A stretch of DNA of 64,000 nucleotides from Phoronis australis (taxonomy: Eukaryota > Animalia > Phoronida), in the NCBI GenBank assembly GCA_002633005.1, contig NMRA01000249.1:62001-126000 (forward strand), in the 5' to 3' direction. This document shows positions 47,701 to 62,700 of the stretch, piece by piece. Position 1 is the first letter of the stretch. Every line of letters starts with the position of its first letter. The notes beneath the pieces were generated by a model. That model did no database searches. It was not told where the DNA came from and saw only the letters and a program-made list of their open reading frames with translations. The position numbers and the translations under genes were made by a program.

Positions 47701-50700
47701 CCAAGATAAGTGAATTCTTGAGGAAAAGGCGGACATTAACATGAAGATAACTTTGGATGCATATAGATTATTACATGGCGAAGTCGTTATCCCCCGTTAC
47801 CTAGAGCCCGAGTGGATTTTGGAGAATTATAGCCCGAGAAACATCACAATGAATCGATTTACCTTTCTCGACTCGCCTCGGCTTTGTAGCTACGTGTACT
47901 TTATATATCAGAGGCCCGGGGTCGGAGGTCGTGACCTTTTAAGAAAAGCCGAGCTATTTTTGTAAAATAATGCTTATACTCAAAATCAATTGGAAATTTA
48001 AACAAAATAAAAATAAAGTAAATCTATAAATTAAGATTTAGCAACTATCATAGCTTACTACACATTTTATCACGCTAAACTTTGACCGGGAAAATATCGT
48101 CTGCTAAACTTGGTTACCACTAGTAACTGACTATAATGCTCAAGTCAAAGGATCCCGATGACGCGAAGCCGCATTCAAACTGGAGATCGGTGACTTATAA
48201 GTGAGAGAACAAAAAGAAAAATTTCACTGAATTAAAATATCGTTTTTATTGAAAATGTGCGTCTTATTTTTTACAGCGAATAAATTTCGGTGCAATGCCC
48301 TTTGCTGAACATGCGATTGTTGCGCGTGCTCATTTAAGTATTCTATTTTCACGTTCGATGACGTCAACCGCTTAGTGGTGTGGTGGTAAAGTCGGCGACT
48401 CGAAAGTCTTGAGGACTGGGTTCGAATCCGGCGTTTTTCCGTCACAATGTTATCTCTTTAGTGAGATAACTTGATGGGTTATTACACGGTTGTATCTGCC
48501 ATTCGAGACTAATATTGCGGTATAAAGAGTCTTATCTGATTATATTATGAAAACGAACCAGTTTCCAAAATTTCATTCGTTTATCAAAACCGATCTTTTT
48601 GTCGAAGTTTTGGCTCTTAGCCACGGCACCAATTAACTGGTTTTGAGTAACAATTTCAAGAGACAAAACGTACTTCCGACTACTAACGCGTAAAATAAGC
48701 ATAATATAAAACAAACACCTACTGACTTTCACTTCATTATCCTGGATACCAAGATATCAAAATACACTTCCAGTATTTTCTTACAAAGTTGAATGCAAAT
48801 GCTTTTTCAAGTCTAAGGGAGTTTATTATGATCTTCTTGAAAAATGTGTTTTCCCGGTCCCTCCGTCCCCCTGCAGTACTCCTCCACCAATGCGTGGATA
48901 TAATTTGGACCACCAACGCTAAAATTCCGGTTAAAAGTTATGTTACTTTACTGGAAAACATTCTGTAGGGGTGTTTGTTCGCTTAAAGTTTGCATATTTC
49001 ATGATAGTACTTGCAACCAGCGAAGGTATGTAAACTACAACGAATCGATTCTTAAACGAAACAGGCATTCTACAAAGCATCCGTAGTAAAGAAAAAATTA
49101 TCCAAAAATTCTAATTTGTTGGAACGCATATGACTGCCAACACCTCTGATACCAGAGCAGAAGACGACAAATTTACCTTTCCTAGGATTCAAGGTCATGA
49201 CGAAATTCTTGTTTTTGCCACCACACCTTTCTTTGTTATTTACTTCGCATGTCATATTGCAGTACTCTTCTCCCACCTTTCCGTGACGTCCGTACTGGTT
49301 GCCACAAAAGCAAAGATCTATTTCGCCTTTCTGAACGCCGGCGAACAAGAAGTTCATTGAACGGCATTTGTAGCGACATGAATCGGGTGTCAAGTTGGTC
49401 ACGTTTGCCTGATGAGGCAAATCCCGGTTATCCTCATAGTCATTATAACATCCTGGATCTAACAACACATCAAGCATTCGTTAGTACAAAATATAAAGTA
49501 TCTGTGGCCACAGTTACTACAAGAATACACGCACAAAACAAACTAAATTAAAGTCGTTGAAAATCAGATTTACCAGTTGCTCATAGTGCTTCATCACCAT
49601 TGTTCTAATAATGACACGTTTGCTCCATTTTAATTAAAAAATAAAATATAAATAAATAATTTGGAACATGACAGTGTCGGATCACAATAAAGGTACAACA
49701 TGTTTTATTGAACTAACTAGAACTAACTGAAACACAACTGAATAAAATTTGGAAATACACGTAAGTTGTTCAAACTTTAACTAACCGATGCGTACAAATG
49801 CTGACGTCAGCAGTCCCGTGAGAACTACAACTGAAAACCCTGGTACACTCTTGACCATGTCCATGGTGATGTCGTTGACTGACTATGGCTAAAAAGTTGC
49901 TCGGCGTTTCATAAAATGCAGTTCATTACCAACAGGAACTCGGTCATAAGTTAACGATTCTCGTTCTTCTACGGTGTCTTGTTACGGCTGATTGCTACAC
50001 AAAGCAGGTCGAAACAAAGAGAATCGGCTATTAATTGGAACAGAACGCCGATATGCAATCGTATTTAAGTATGAATTGCCATGAGATTTATTTTAATGAA
50101 TACTTTAACAATACGTTTTTCCGGAAGACTTGCTGCATGAAACGCAGATGTTAAGAATTATAAACTAGTTTATGTGATACTTGGAGGCAATGTTATAAAT
50201 GTATGTAAATAGTTCACTTGTGTTTTACGATAGAAATCGTGAATTAATCGTGGTCCTGAACAAAAAGGACCTTGGAACCATAGGCACTCAACTCTCTCTC
50301 TCTCTTGACATCTTACAATCATCTGGCTATCGAATAATAATTTGAGTTATAATTCACCGCCAGCAACATACAATGTATGCGTATCAGTCAACCGAGAACT
50401 CGCAGTAACACAGAGCAACGAATTAATCAGGTGTAGAGACATCATGCGGAAACTCAGAACTTAATCAGACAAACGTTGGAACGTTTTATTCATATACATG
50501 TACGTGTATGTATGTACATGTAGCTCATTTGATCACCTAAGTGGAATCATCAATAACTGAAATATTCTTAGTTTGAAAAACTAGCGGCTCTTTAAAGTGT
50601 ACACAACATGACTCTAGTACCTCAAAATAAATTTTATTATTATATCTTACTTGATTTCAGTGCCTTTAGTGCACAGCTTATAAAGAAACACGCAAAAATT

Positions 50701-53700
50701 GAAAAAATAATAATTATGTACAACGTCATGGGTTGAACCCAAGTCGTTCGCCAAACTGTTCGGATCAGAGACAAAGTGTATAGAGTGAAGAGAAAGCAAA
50801 GTACATTTAGCGTCGAGAAGGTTCGTAGAGGGATCAAAAGATGAGTTTCCAGAGGCTTCAGCAACAGCAGCCAGGCGGAGAACGACTCGGTGTTCCGAAA
50901 GACACCAAAGTTGCGCAGAAGTGGCATCGCTTCTTGCGCCGAACGAGAGTGTGGGACGTCATCGTGGACCAAGCGATTCGGTCCGGGGCCACTCTGTGTT
51001 CTGCCCACTTTGAGGACTCACGTTTCGACTCCAGTCACAGGAGACGTTACGATGAAGGCCTGGTTCAATAAAGGACATTATTTATCATTCAGAAACATCA
51101 GCTCTTAATTCAGGATCGTCTGTTGGATGACTGGGTTGACTCGCCGAGCCCGAGGCAGCTTCTCTCGCGGGAGGATCCAGTTCGTAAGGCTCAAAGTAGA
51201 AAAGTACGCAGCCGGAAGCACATTAAACTTGTTCTTGCTTTCGTGCAATCCCATTTCCTCATCCTGGCCACCATGCCCGTACGTTTTTTCATAGTATTCG
51301 TTCAATTCTTGCTCACAATCGTCGTCGCTTTCAAATTCCCTGCTCTCCGCCATTGTTCAATGCTAGTCACTGATCTCTTGTGTTCAACCCATGACGTCAC
51401 ATGGCGGGAAATGTGAAAATTGGCAAAATTGAAAGAAAAATCAAAATTTCGAGCTAATTACACAAAATAAACATGGGTTTAACTAAATTATACGTCATAC
51501 ATTTAGTCTGTGGCCACCGGTAATTCGAAATGTGCAAAAATCCATGGTGTGTACTGTTTAAAACTGACGCTCTATCATTTTAGGTATAAATTTTGATCTG
51601 GGATAATGCCAACTTTTAAAGATACTATTTCCGCTTCATTTTTAATAAAAACGTCATGAAACGGATCTTTACGCACACACTTTTATTCGAAACCTAAGCC
51701 CAAATAATAGTCTTTCGACATGACATCGATTTTTTTTTTCAAAATGAACTGATTTAATTCAGATTTTTCTAACCTAATTTTTATTTTTCTGGTGGTGCAC
51801 CAAGAAATTAAGGATGTCGGGCGAAGTGTCAATCGAACTTCGAAACTCAAATAGGAACTTGGAATTTCGTTAAATCTCAAGATAGTATATGGGCCACATA
51901 ATAGAGACACAAAACATCTAAAAAGATTCCTTGATGTATCAAATGATGGAAAGGTATTTATGGGTCGTAACCTGTTTACTCCGTGGCCAACCATCTGTCG
52001 CCTGATGTCCGCTGGAAGGTACACCATGCATAAAAGTCCTAGTAGCACACGTTTCTAACCCTTGTTAAATAGTGAGAAGTTATAAAGAACCAAGCAGTAC
52101 CTATGCCATAACCAATACACAATCCGTAGTCGAAAAAAGTTTAAATAATCGCGCCACTCATGACTCCGACCCGAAGAACACACCGCCATTTTGAACCGCG
52201 AACCCAGAAGTACAATTCATTCAGGGACCCAGGCTTAAGAACGCCGACTGTGCGACTGGAGCAGTGTCTGTTACCAACATGCAAACGGGAATAAAATAAT
52301 CGACAGCGGATCTTAACTTTGATAAAACCAAAATAGGGACAATTTGTACTGAAATACTTCACAAAATGTAGTAAAATAAATTTTGACAGAAATTATTTTA
52401 CCAGACTCGGACCTGCAGTCGACGACCCGGTGCGGACCGATCGAGGCTACTGCTCTGGCGAAATGTGAAGGCATGCCGTTCCCGGCTGTTTTACGGTTCA
52501 AATCATGCATGTCGCATACATACAAAGACAGTTTCAGACACTAAAATTACGACTAGTCAAAATCCTGTGCCAGCAATTGAATAATAAGGCCGATTGTTGA
52601 CGGGCTAGGCTAAGCGTGTTTTACTGGATGTAATTAACTCTGGTAGACAAGCAGTATGAACAGAACAACGAACATGCAATATCAAAATAACTGAATATAA
52701 TTGCCATATACATGCAGTTAGAATAGCATGACGATTAAACTTGCGAAAATATCGAAAATAAATTTGGACGGATACCGGCGGTGGTGTCCTGCGACTTCCA
52801 AACGTTGTGATTTAGGTATACCTCGGAATGTTGGTTTTCATACGGAATCAGTATTAAAGAGTGCCTGCATGTATCAATCAGGCAAATGATTTAATCTGCA
52901 TAACGTGATACGCCACGGAATTTGAAATTCGTGTCGTATTACCCCTCGGATCCACTTAAGTACTAGTCCACGAGAGCACCAACCATGAGCGGCAAGGTGG
53001 GGGTCAGCCGATTTTCACCAAATTTGGCACATATGTAGTCCTATGGGATCTATAAACAGCGGTAAAATATTTCCTCAAAATATTGTGTTTTTCTAAAGTT
53101 ATAGGTTCAAACACATTTTACGGTTTCGCAGCCATGTTTTCACGGTATAAAAACTGTCCAGTTTTAACTGTTCATATTTTTCCTTGAATGAAAGCTATTG
53201 ATTTATTATTCACTTGGCATTGTTTAGTGGTGCCTGTAGATTGTTACACAGATGTCTTGAAACACGATTCCGATTTACCACCCTCATTTAGTAGTTTTAC
53301 TACACTGCCCCCCGTTATGCCATTTTGAGGTTGTGTTCAGTACACTGCTGTACCAAATCTGCCCCCACTGTTATGAGAATGAAACTTAGCCAAAATGTTG
53401 ACAAAACATGTTACTTTCATTTCATAAAATAAAAACTTTGTCAGCCAGTTTATTAGTTATATATTTTGGCACCTCAAATGTACTAAAATGAGAAATTTTC
53501 ATATATCTGAGATCGATGCGTGAGCACCGTAAAATCCGATTGTCCTTCATGTTTTTCGATATTTTGCAACAAGTTAGTTCCTCCTGAATGTTTTGAACGT
53601 TTTACTACTGATCACTTAGGGCTATAGTACCCCTAAATACCATACATGGCTCCATTTTGTAAAAAGCCGATTATGTCCTCCACAGTGAACAGGGTTAGAC

Positions 53701-56700
53701 ATGAACTCGACAAATGTAGGTTATTTTGATTTACAGTTGTTTTACTTTGCAATTTCCTCATGGGTATTTCTTCACACATATTCAAGTCAGATTTTCTGTT
53801 GATCAAATGTTCATGCAATGCATTGTAATATCAAATGAAGGATAAGTTTGGTTGCATGACCGCAATTTTTCCCACGACTTAAAACAAAAGACCGCAGAAA
53901 TTTTCCTGACGAAATACCGGGTTTGCAGTTCTGTAAAAACATTCGAATGACAAGACAAACTCCACCACTGTCCATGGCAACTCGTCGCATGTTTTTCGCC
54001 CATCGGTCCTATCATTGTTTTCCTTTGTTGTGTCATTGTTGGATGTAACAACACAGGTCGCATGGATATAGAACCTTGCGTACATCAGACCGTTGCCGAT
54101 AAGTGCTCGTCATTATATCTTTATTATAACAACGGAAACAATGAAGATGCTAATCTATTGTTCTCTATGCGACCAGGTTTCCCGTGGATGACCACAGAAG
54201 AGGAATCCCAAAGTATCCACAAACAATGACCACGCACCTTAGTAACTATTACCGCGCACACGAATCCTTTCCGTGGAACCTAAACACCAAATTTTTATAT
54301 CCGTGTATTGTGTTGTATTGCTCATGGTACGGGTTCAGACTCTGTTGTATTAAGATTCCAATCCCCAACCCTGTAATATGTAGTTTGAGTAAAATTTCTA
54401 GACAATGCAGGTTTATGGATTTATTCTCCTTCAAATGAAGAGTAAAAATCAAATTCTGCACAGGTTTTTTAAAAGTAATCACTTATTGGAAGATCACACA
54501 TCTAAAAAATAAAACAATGTTTGACAATTTTATTCATTATCTTATTTGAAAATTGCCTACCTCACAGACAACTCATCTAAGCTGAAAATATTCCTTGTGA
54601 AAAAATATAAAATACCAACCAGAGACTTGTGTACTACAAAATATGTTTTCGTAATACAATGCAAAGATAACTGTACAGTCAAAAGTGCAAATGTTATCAC
54701 TCTAATAAAAAGTTGCCTTCTAGATCTTTTCAACACTCTAATTGCTACAGGACAGAGTCAACCACACAAAGCTCATAAAGTCAGGGAATTACATTTAAGG
54801 TGACGTAGTCTCACTGCGAAAAAGTGATTTCGCAATATCGCTGACAACACTGGAAATCTCTTCTTCACAAACTTGAGGTAGCTGTATTTACCACACCAAT
54901 GTTCTTATCAAAACTAACCACCACAATATGAAAAATTGGCTTGTCGGTTCCAGTTAGGCAGCATTTTACAATAAAATGGTCATGAAAAAATACTTTTGCA
55001 ACATGGTTTGCATTACAATTGCCCTACGATTACAGTTGTACATACATACTAGACCAGTAACAAAATTACCCATGGGAACCATAAAATGGTCAATTCGCCA
55101 AAAAAACAAGGAGCCACCAGAGCTAATGTGCCAATACTTTTCAGTACTGCAACAAAAAATCATTTGAAGTGGACATAAACTCGCCTAAAATCACATAAAA
55201 CAACTTTTGATTTAGATATTTTACCATCACGAAATAGGTATTACTTCCAGGTCACTTTTGAGCAATTTCAGAACTTTGAAAGATCTGGCAATATGCAATT
55301 GCTAGAGACCAGACTAATAGTGTGCGATTTTATACACACAGCATGGTCTCAAGGAATAGCAAACTGTCAATTCGCTACAATTCCAGAAATCACTTCCCAT
55401 CTGGATAAGGAACAAACTGAGCAAAGTTTATAGAGGTAAATGGTCTAAATCAAAACTTATTACCTCCTGGACAGAATATGGGTTTACAACCCAGGTAGAA
55501 AGATAAGTTAACAAAACCAGCCTAACTGCAACAGGGTCTCAAATTTCAGTAATATATACCCATTTACAAACAAAAATCTATAATGGTAAATAAAATGCGG
55601 AAACATAAATTCAGATCAATTACGCATCTTCAAGGAAAAGGAACAGTACAGTGGTCAGAAATCATCTAAATGTGATGGCCACACTGAGAAATCCTGTCAG
55701 ACCAAAAAATCCAGTGGCTAAACAAAATGAACAATGTACCATTACCATGTGGCCCAGGATCATGATCCGTGCCTGGACAAAAATTCAGTCTTAGACTAGG
55801 TAAATTTTAGATTTGTGCTGTTCACACAAGCAGTTCTGGTGCAAACAAAGCTTGCGACAACACACAAGCCTACTTCCCTACACAGCTGTGCTGATACAAT
55901 AATGCCCCCACTGGATTTAGCAGATCAGCCAGAGTATTTACAGGTCCAGCCACTGTACTGTTTCCTCCCTTTGAATTTTTACAATGCTACATCCTTGACA
56001 ATCGCAGATTGCCTCTTTCAATGCATACTCCACTTCCTCTGTCCCAGTTTCCCCACATTTGCTGAGAGTGGCCTATCTCAACAAATTACTTTGGACCTGT
56101 TGTGGTATAAGCCAGTAATCTTTGGCAAATACTTTTTCCCCCGACTCGTTCCTCAAGCTACAAATTCTCTTTGACATATCTTCTGGGAGTAGACTTTACG
56201 GCCTCTCTCTAGCCCCCTCACTTAGTTGTCCAGAAGGGTACCTTCTTGCTGGTTGTGAACTTTTCCATACCCAACCTTTACTAATAATCGGCAAGTCTCC
56301 AACTTCAGCAGAAGCCACTTCTTCAGCATAAGCCTTTCCTGATTCCTAAAATTGTATTAATGAAAAAATTAAACATATTAAATTTAATGTGGCCATTTCG
56401 GCTCAGAAAATATGAATACCAAGCTAAAGTGAAGGCACCAATATTTTTGACGGCTTTAGCATGTTTAATTAACTTCATAATCACAGAAATTCATTGGCAG
56501 ACATAACATACTCCCTAGTCTCTAAAAGTAGTTCATGGGCAGAAGTCATGTTACACATTTGGTGGTTGTTATGAAAAGTTATGATGACTACCTATTTTCT
56601 ATGCCAATGTATACATGTAGTTGCATAAACATCAACACATTTGAATAAGATATGATTAAGCAATAAGGCCCAAGTTATAAGCAATCACGGTGTGACAATA

Positions 56701-59700
56701 AAAGTATTTTTGCATGAATGACGTGCTTCTAAAAATATTCCTCAGGGTCAGACCCTGGAGTTTAGTGATTCCTACCTGAGCTCACACGAAGCAGGACGTT
56801 GAACCTTGACTTAACGTCTTTGGTCATTTTTCAGACCTCTATCAGGCTCTATCAGATTTCTCCTCTAGTGTGCAGTGGATGTTCTCAGTGTCTTTGGCGA
56901 CAGCAATATATCTCGAGTGTTGTAACGATGATTCGGGCAAGTGAATCTAATAAGGTAGATTATGTAGCTCCTGCTCCACACCTGCCTCCGAGGCAGACAC
57001 TGAGACAGACTACTTCTCAGGAGGACACGTTCCACCTCCACATCAGCTCCACGTACTCTTATAAGGTGCTCAAATGTCTCGCTCTATACCTTGTGCATTT
57101 CCCAAGAGTTTCCAAAGTTGTTTCTCTCCGCAATTTGTAGAAATACCACATTCGATGCGACTGGCAGTGCCAGATAAATAGATAAATTCGCAAACCCGCA
57201 CTTTAGGTCAGCCATCATTCAACTAACGCATTGTAAGCTTTAGTTTGGTATTCAGACGAGTTGGATGAACAAATTTAGTATAATTTCATATTTTAGTGGG
57301 AAATGCTAGTGTCCTTAAAATTAATTAAAAACATTTAAGCAAACCAATTCTTTTAATTGTTGTATTATACCACGGCATATTAATGCGTAGAAACGGCGCA
57401 CAACTAGTGACTGGTTTAACATGACAAATACACATACGCGGTCTGAAAATAGTGAAATTCAGACACCTATTACCAAGCCTGCCTGAAGGGCTGACAAAGT
57501 TTTTATTGTATTAATTTCAAGGGCATGGAGTCTTCTACATGTCCATGTTATTATTTTTAGTTTTCTCGCGGGGGCAGCTTCGCTATAAGGGTACAACTTA
57601 CTGCTGGTTTTTCACAAGAAGGAAATGTACCTCCACGGAAACAGTTCCAGTGTTACCATGGTAACAGATATTGCAGTGTCGGTGCCGTTTTTACTGACAT
57701 TGGTCATGAACCTATCGTGTGATATCAAAATTGTTCAGAAACGATTCTGTTTGAAGCAGAAACTGGAGTAGAAAATTTGGTCAAAAATGACTCATTCCAC
57801 AACAAGAAATTGCCTCATTTTGCCCCCAAGAACACTTCCCTTGTATCTCCTAAACCACCAAACTTTGTGGGGTCATACTTCACCCAATTTCTCTCATCCC
57901 TAATGTGATTTATCAGACTAAACATGGATCTGAATGGCTGACCCCCCACCTTGCCGCTTGTTGGCTGTACAGTGGTCGGTGGATCCGTGGACTGATACTT
58001 AACTCCAAAAATGAAAATTATTTGAGCCAAGACTCTTTAAAAAACAAATCAAACAATTCGCCAAGACTTTGTCGACACCATTACTCGGAAACTTAGCCAC
58101 GTTCCAGGTTTAATAAAAGTCTTTAAAAAATGTAAATGAACAAAAACAAATACACCGTAGATGCATCCGAGATTCACCACAGACAAACGTTAACGTTAAT
58201 CACCAAGCATTTATATTACTTGTCGTGTTTTTGTTGATCACGTCCACTAATTGAGAGTGCAAGTACATGCGCATGTATCACAACTTGGAGGCGTTGTGAA
58301 AAAACCCTTGACAACATCTAATAGAACAAAATAAGATTTATCTAGAAACCAGTAGTCTTCGAAATTTCAACCCCAAGTGCTCTTCCGTGGATCCAGCGTT
58401 TTTTTCTGACACAATCCAAATTCTCGAGAAGGCAGTTGACGCTGTTTTCAATAACAAAAATAATGACAAAAGGATGGCCACAAGCCGTGCGAGTTTTGCT
58501 ATTACGATTTTCAAAACTTTTAAGTTAAAAAACTGCCAACAGTTGTGGTATTTTGACAGACGCCTTCAATGAACACTGAATGATTTGATTTTGATTTTAA
58601 GTTGTCTCACCTAGCGAAAAATAAATCACATTCCTCAAAGAGTCGATACTACTCTACGTCTGAGAACGATTCAACTCCAACTCACCGCAGTAATTTGCAA
58701 CACGACACAATAACATCTAACACCAGGCGGCACTTCGTGTTTTTGTAAGAAAGTTTCCAAGTGCTTAATTCACGCTAAAATGGTTTTGTATCCAGCGCAA
58801 GATTAATATCAAAGCGATCTGCTGTACCTATTTCAAGTTCGTATACCGACTAATAATTAATGTTAATTATTTTACTTTGAAAATTATGTTTAACGCATCG
58901 CCTGTCTTCCAGCTGATATTATACCCCCGTCGCACCACACGCGCGGTGCCACTACGGTTTTTGGTCAAAACCGCCATCAACGTAGTGACACCGCCAGTAG
59001 TGTTTCATAGTTTTTTGCCCTTCCCGTCACACATGTTATCGCCACTGGATCGCCGTAGGGTCACCAGTCTACGTTTTCGGCGATTGCACGGCGGTTGTAC
59101 TGCGGAAGCACGGCTGCGATCCCTGTACGGTGACACGGCGGTCACGACAGTGTCGCAACGATACTACTGCGGATTGACCCAACCCGCCGTGACACTGCAG
59201 AAGTTTTGAGCATGTTCAAAGTATCCGTCGTGTCACCGCGAAGGTCCACGATTTTGACAGCTATTCGTGTTGCAACGGAGATCAATGGCGGAACCACGGG
59301 GATCATGGCGGTGCCACTGCGTTCTATGCTGTACAAGCACTGCAGTGGCACCTCACATCCGGTTTGACGGAGTATTATGTGACAGTGGTCATATTTAGTG
59401 ACTGGTCGAAGTGCACAGGTTACGATCCACAGCTATATTTATGTCAACTGATAGATCGAAGGAACCATCTTTCAGATGTCGTATATATGTTGTTTTTCAG
59501 TGGAATGTTGCCCGTACACATGCACTTGAAGTTGCTAATTTTGATACGAGTGGCAAGTTATCTACTTAAATCAGTTTTTGGCCTTATTCATTGCCTAGAC
59601 CCAGCCGTTGAACTGATAGTTGTTTTCAAACCTCTTCGGAAACTTTCCAATATGCTGTGGAAACTGAAGTCACCCATCCCTTTATTGAACAAGAGCAACG

Positions 59701-62700
59701 TTGTGTATAAGGTTGAATGTGACAACTGTAAGGAATTGTATATCGGACTCACACAGAGACGCCTCTGTGACAGGTTGAAAGAACAACACACTCAGAGAAA
59801 AGTAACATATCTGGGCACTATGTTAGCAACAATCACCAAGCTAATTCAATCAGTATTATCTGCACAGAACCTAATAAGGAGTTACTGTACATTAAAGAGT
59901 CATTGGCCATTCATAACCAGCATATCACTTATTCTCTGAATAACATGCAGAGCTCAGTGACCCTGCAACCATGGTGATGGCAAGCTACTGACTATATTCC
60001 CTGTATCTCTCACTTCACTTTATGGATGTTACCTGAGCTGTATGTTGGCACTTGTTGTCCTAAATTGTTGTAAATATGATCCTGATGATGTCTAATGAAA
60101 AATACGAAACGTTGAAGTGAACATGAACTTTTTTCATTTTTGCGGCTATGGTCCGGTTTTTAAGTTATCTACTTTTTTCTAGAACATTCTTCCAAAAATA
60201 ATGGAATCAAATCGAATTCCCCAAAAAGTGCACAATTTCGTCTCTAGACGCAACCACTAGTGTGTAAAGCTAGTATGACCACGTAATTAGTTTGTTTTTA
60301 ACGCATGGCGATATCTCACGAAGACTTGTGTGCGTTCGCTTGCCTTGCGTAAGGGACTTTCTTGTATAAACGTACGTGACTGCACTAGTTCCGGCTACTG
60401 TTAACGGCAAACATGATGAGAACAATGCAGGCCTTCACTTTCTTTCGCTACTTAAATAATCTATTGGAAAAGATAGCACTGTAGTACCAGAAGAACACTA
60501 AAGAGGTACCTTTTTAGAACCAACGCACTTTACGGATAACGGATGTGATGAATTTTCTGTACAAAAGTGCCACTGACCGTTTCGAAGCAAGGATCCCCCG
60601 GCCTTAGCCTAAATGTACTATAATTATTGCCCATTTTCTTTGTAACGGTTGAGTCTGACAGGAGATAATGACTTTTCTGACGGATTAGAAATAATTTGGT
60701 GATAACTCGAATCGAAAACAGCCCCGAAGCAATAGTGATTAGTTCAATTAGTGATACACAGTGACTGAACTCCTCTTGTCATCTGGTCTGACTGTTGAAG
60801 GTAGCGAGCGCCTCCTGTGATTTGGTTTAGCACTCACCTCCTCTTCAATCGCCCATTCGGCATATTTTGGATTGACAGACAGGAGGTGTTGGTCGGTAGG
60901 GCGAGGATAACGCCTTCCGGTATCAGCTTCTTTCCACATTTCTTATCCGTCATCCATTAGCCAACCCAAACTGCGACAACCACTTTCAAGCACACACACG
61001 GTCACACTCTGAGACATATCTGCACTCACGTGGTACTTGCATCATATTTCCAACCCATTTCTTCATACAGAGTGTTCCATCGAAACAGGAACCACGGTGT
61101 AATACAGACATCACAGGGTCGAATACAGACTCCCGCACTTTCAAAACAGCTAACCAGCCCGAAAAAACACAAACCCCGGCCCTTAAAACAGGAATGCCGG
61201 GAAGCGGACAGGAAACCCCGGACAATTTGCTTCGGTTCCCGTCTTTACTGTCTTATTCCGGGATTCCTGTTTTAAAGATCGGGGTTTGTTTCTCGTGCTG
61301 GTTAGCTGTTTTGAATGTGCGGTATTCTGTTTTCAACTCCGTGATACTTGTTTTAAACCGGAATTCCTGTTTTGATGGAGTACCCTGATTCTTATCTAGG
61401 GCTATCATCCTACTACTGAGAAACAAAACTACTTGTATAACAAGAAGGGTAGTGTAGTGCATTCAGCTTCTATCGAAAGAAATGTACTAACGCGTAGTAC
61501 CTATAATTGAGATTAAATCGAACATATAAACCATTAACGAAAAAGAGCACCTACCTGCAAACATTACCCAAATATTTCCATTATCGCTGCCGCACGTTTG
61601 TGAAGCATCTCCTTGGCATTTGTGGCTGCATTTGTCACTAGCAAGAAAGCGAGTCATTTGGAAGGTGCTAAAGCAGTGACACTTAGTTAAGTCTTGCATA
61701 GCGGCATACACGTGACCCTCAACGCCGCAAGCACTTTTGCATTTCCGTCGCGTTTCGAGTGTCTCCTTGTACAACAATACAGGGAGACCATCCAGCGCAG
61801 GTGGTCTCCAGCATCCTGGTATTCCTAAAAGGCAGCAAGGTTTTATTCTGGCGAAATGCTGACGGTCACTTTATAACAAAAATTCAGTAACCTGTCATCT
61901 TACATACATGCACCTTGTTCTTTTAAAGCAGCAAGATAATCTCGCTTCCTCGACGGAACTAACTTTTGATTTATACCTCTAGCCTCTGTATATGGACTCC
62001 GGCTTGTTTCTTATCAGATGAGAAGTGACTTTTGGTCATGGACAGAACTGAAAATTCATTATTTATTGAGACCAAGATCTGTGTATTGAATTACACGAAG
62101 TGACTTGAAAAGTCTATTCTCAAGCACCAACGAACAAATGGTTAAAGTGAAAAATATGTCCCCGGATACTACAGAGTGGTGGTACAATGTTTCTTCCTTC
62201 ATCTATTCATTCACTGAAGATGTTTCTCTGAGATGGTTCCAATTTAGGATGGTTCACAGCATTATAGGCTGTAATGAATTTTTACAAAATATTAGCGTAA
62301 TTGATAGCTCGTTGTGCACATTTTGCTAAGAAGAAAGTAAATCTATTGTCCATGTGTATTGGACTAGTAACTATACTCAACAGTTTTAGACTAATGTTAA
62401 TAACTGGCTCGTAGATGCTGGGGGACATGGTTTAGAACAGTCCTTACATTCAGTGCTGTGTGGTGTTTAGGTGGAAGCGGTTTTACAAAGTATGACTCTT
62501 TGGCTCGGCAAGTACCATATTTATAAACAAAGGTTGACGTGTAAAAATCCCTGCCACGCACTGTTTAAAAACGAGGCTGCTTTGCTCATTTCCACTGAAC
62601 GGTGTACATGTACTTATACATAAACAAAATGAAGTGCGATTAATTTATAGAGCGTTGGCAAGGCCTTGTCCTGTTTTGCTTATTATAAATGAATCATAAC

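Noticed and set aside
48368-48438. Functional tRNA gene (also 32071-32130, 15145-15210, 24835-25165)
   Set aside because: A/B-box-like motifs are present, but no complete cloverleaf with a paired acceptor stem could be drawn; treated as SINE or pseudo-tRNA.
43840-51850. 43840-44055 and 51620-51850 as the two TIRs of one element capturing the WSC2 exon
   Set aside because: The TTAA ends face each other (right end at 44055, left end at 51620), so they belong to two separate copies and do not enclose the region.
60748-60970. Possible extra minus-strand exon of the WSC gene
   Set aside because: The phase-1 frame from the nearest acceptor hits TAA within four codons, and no domain motif is visible.
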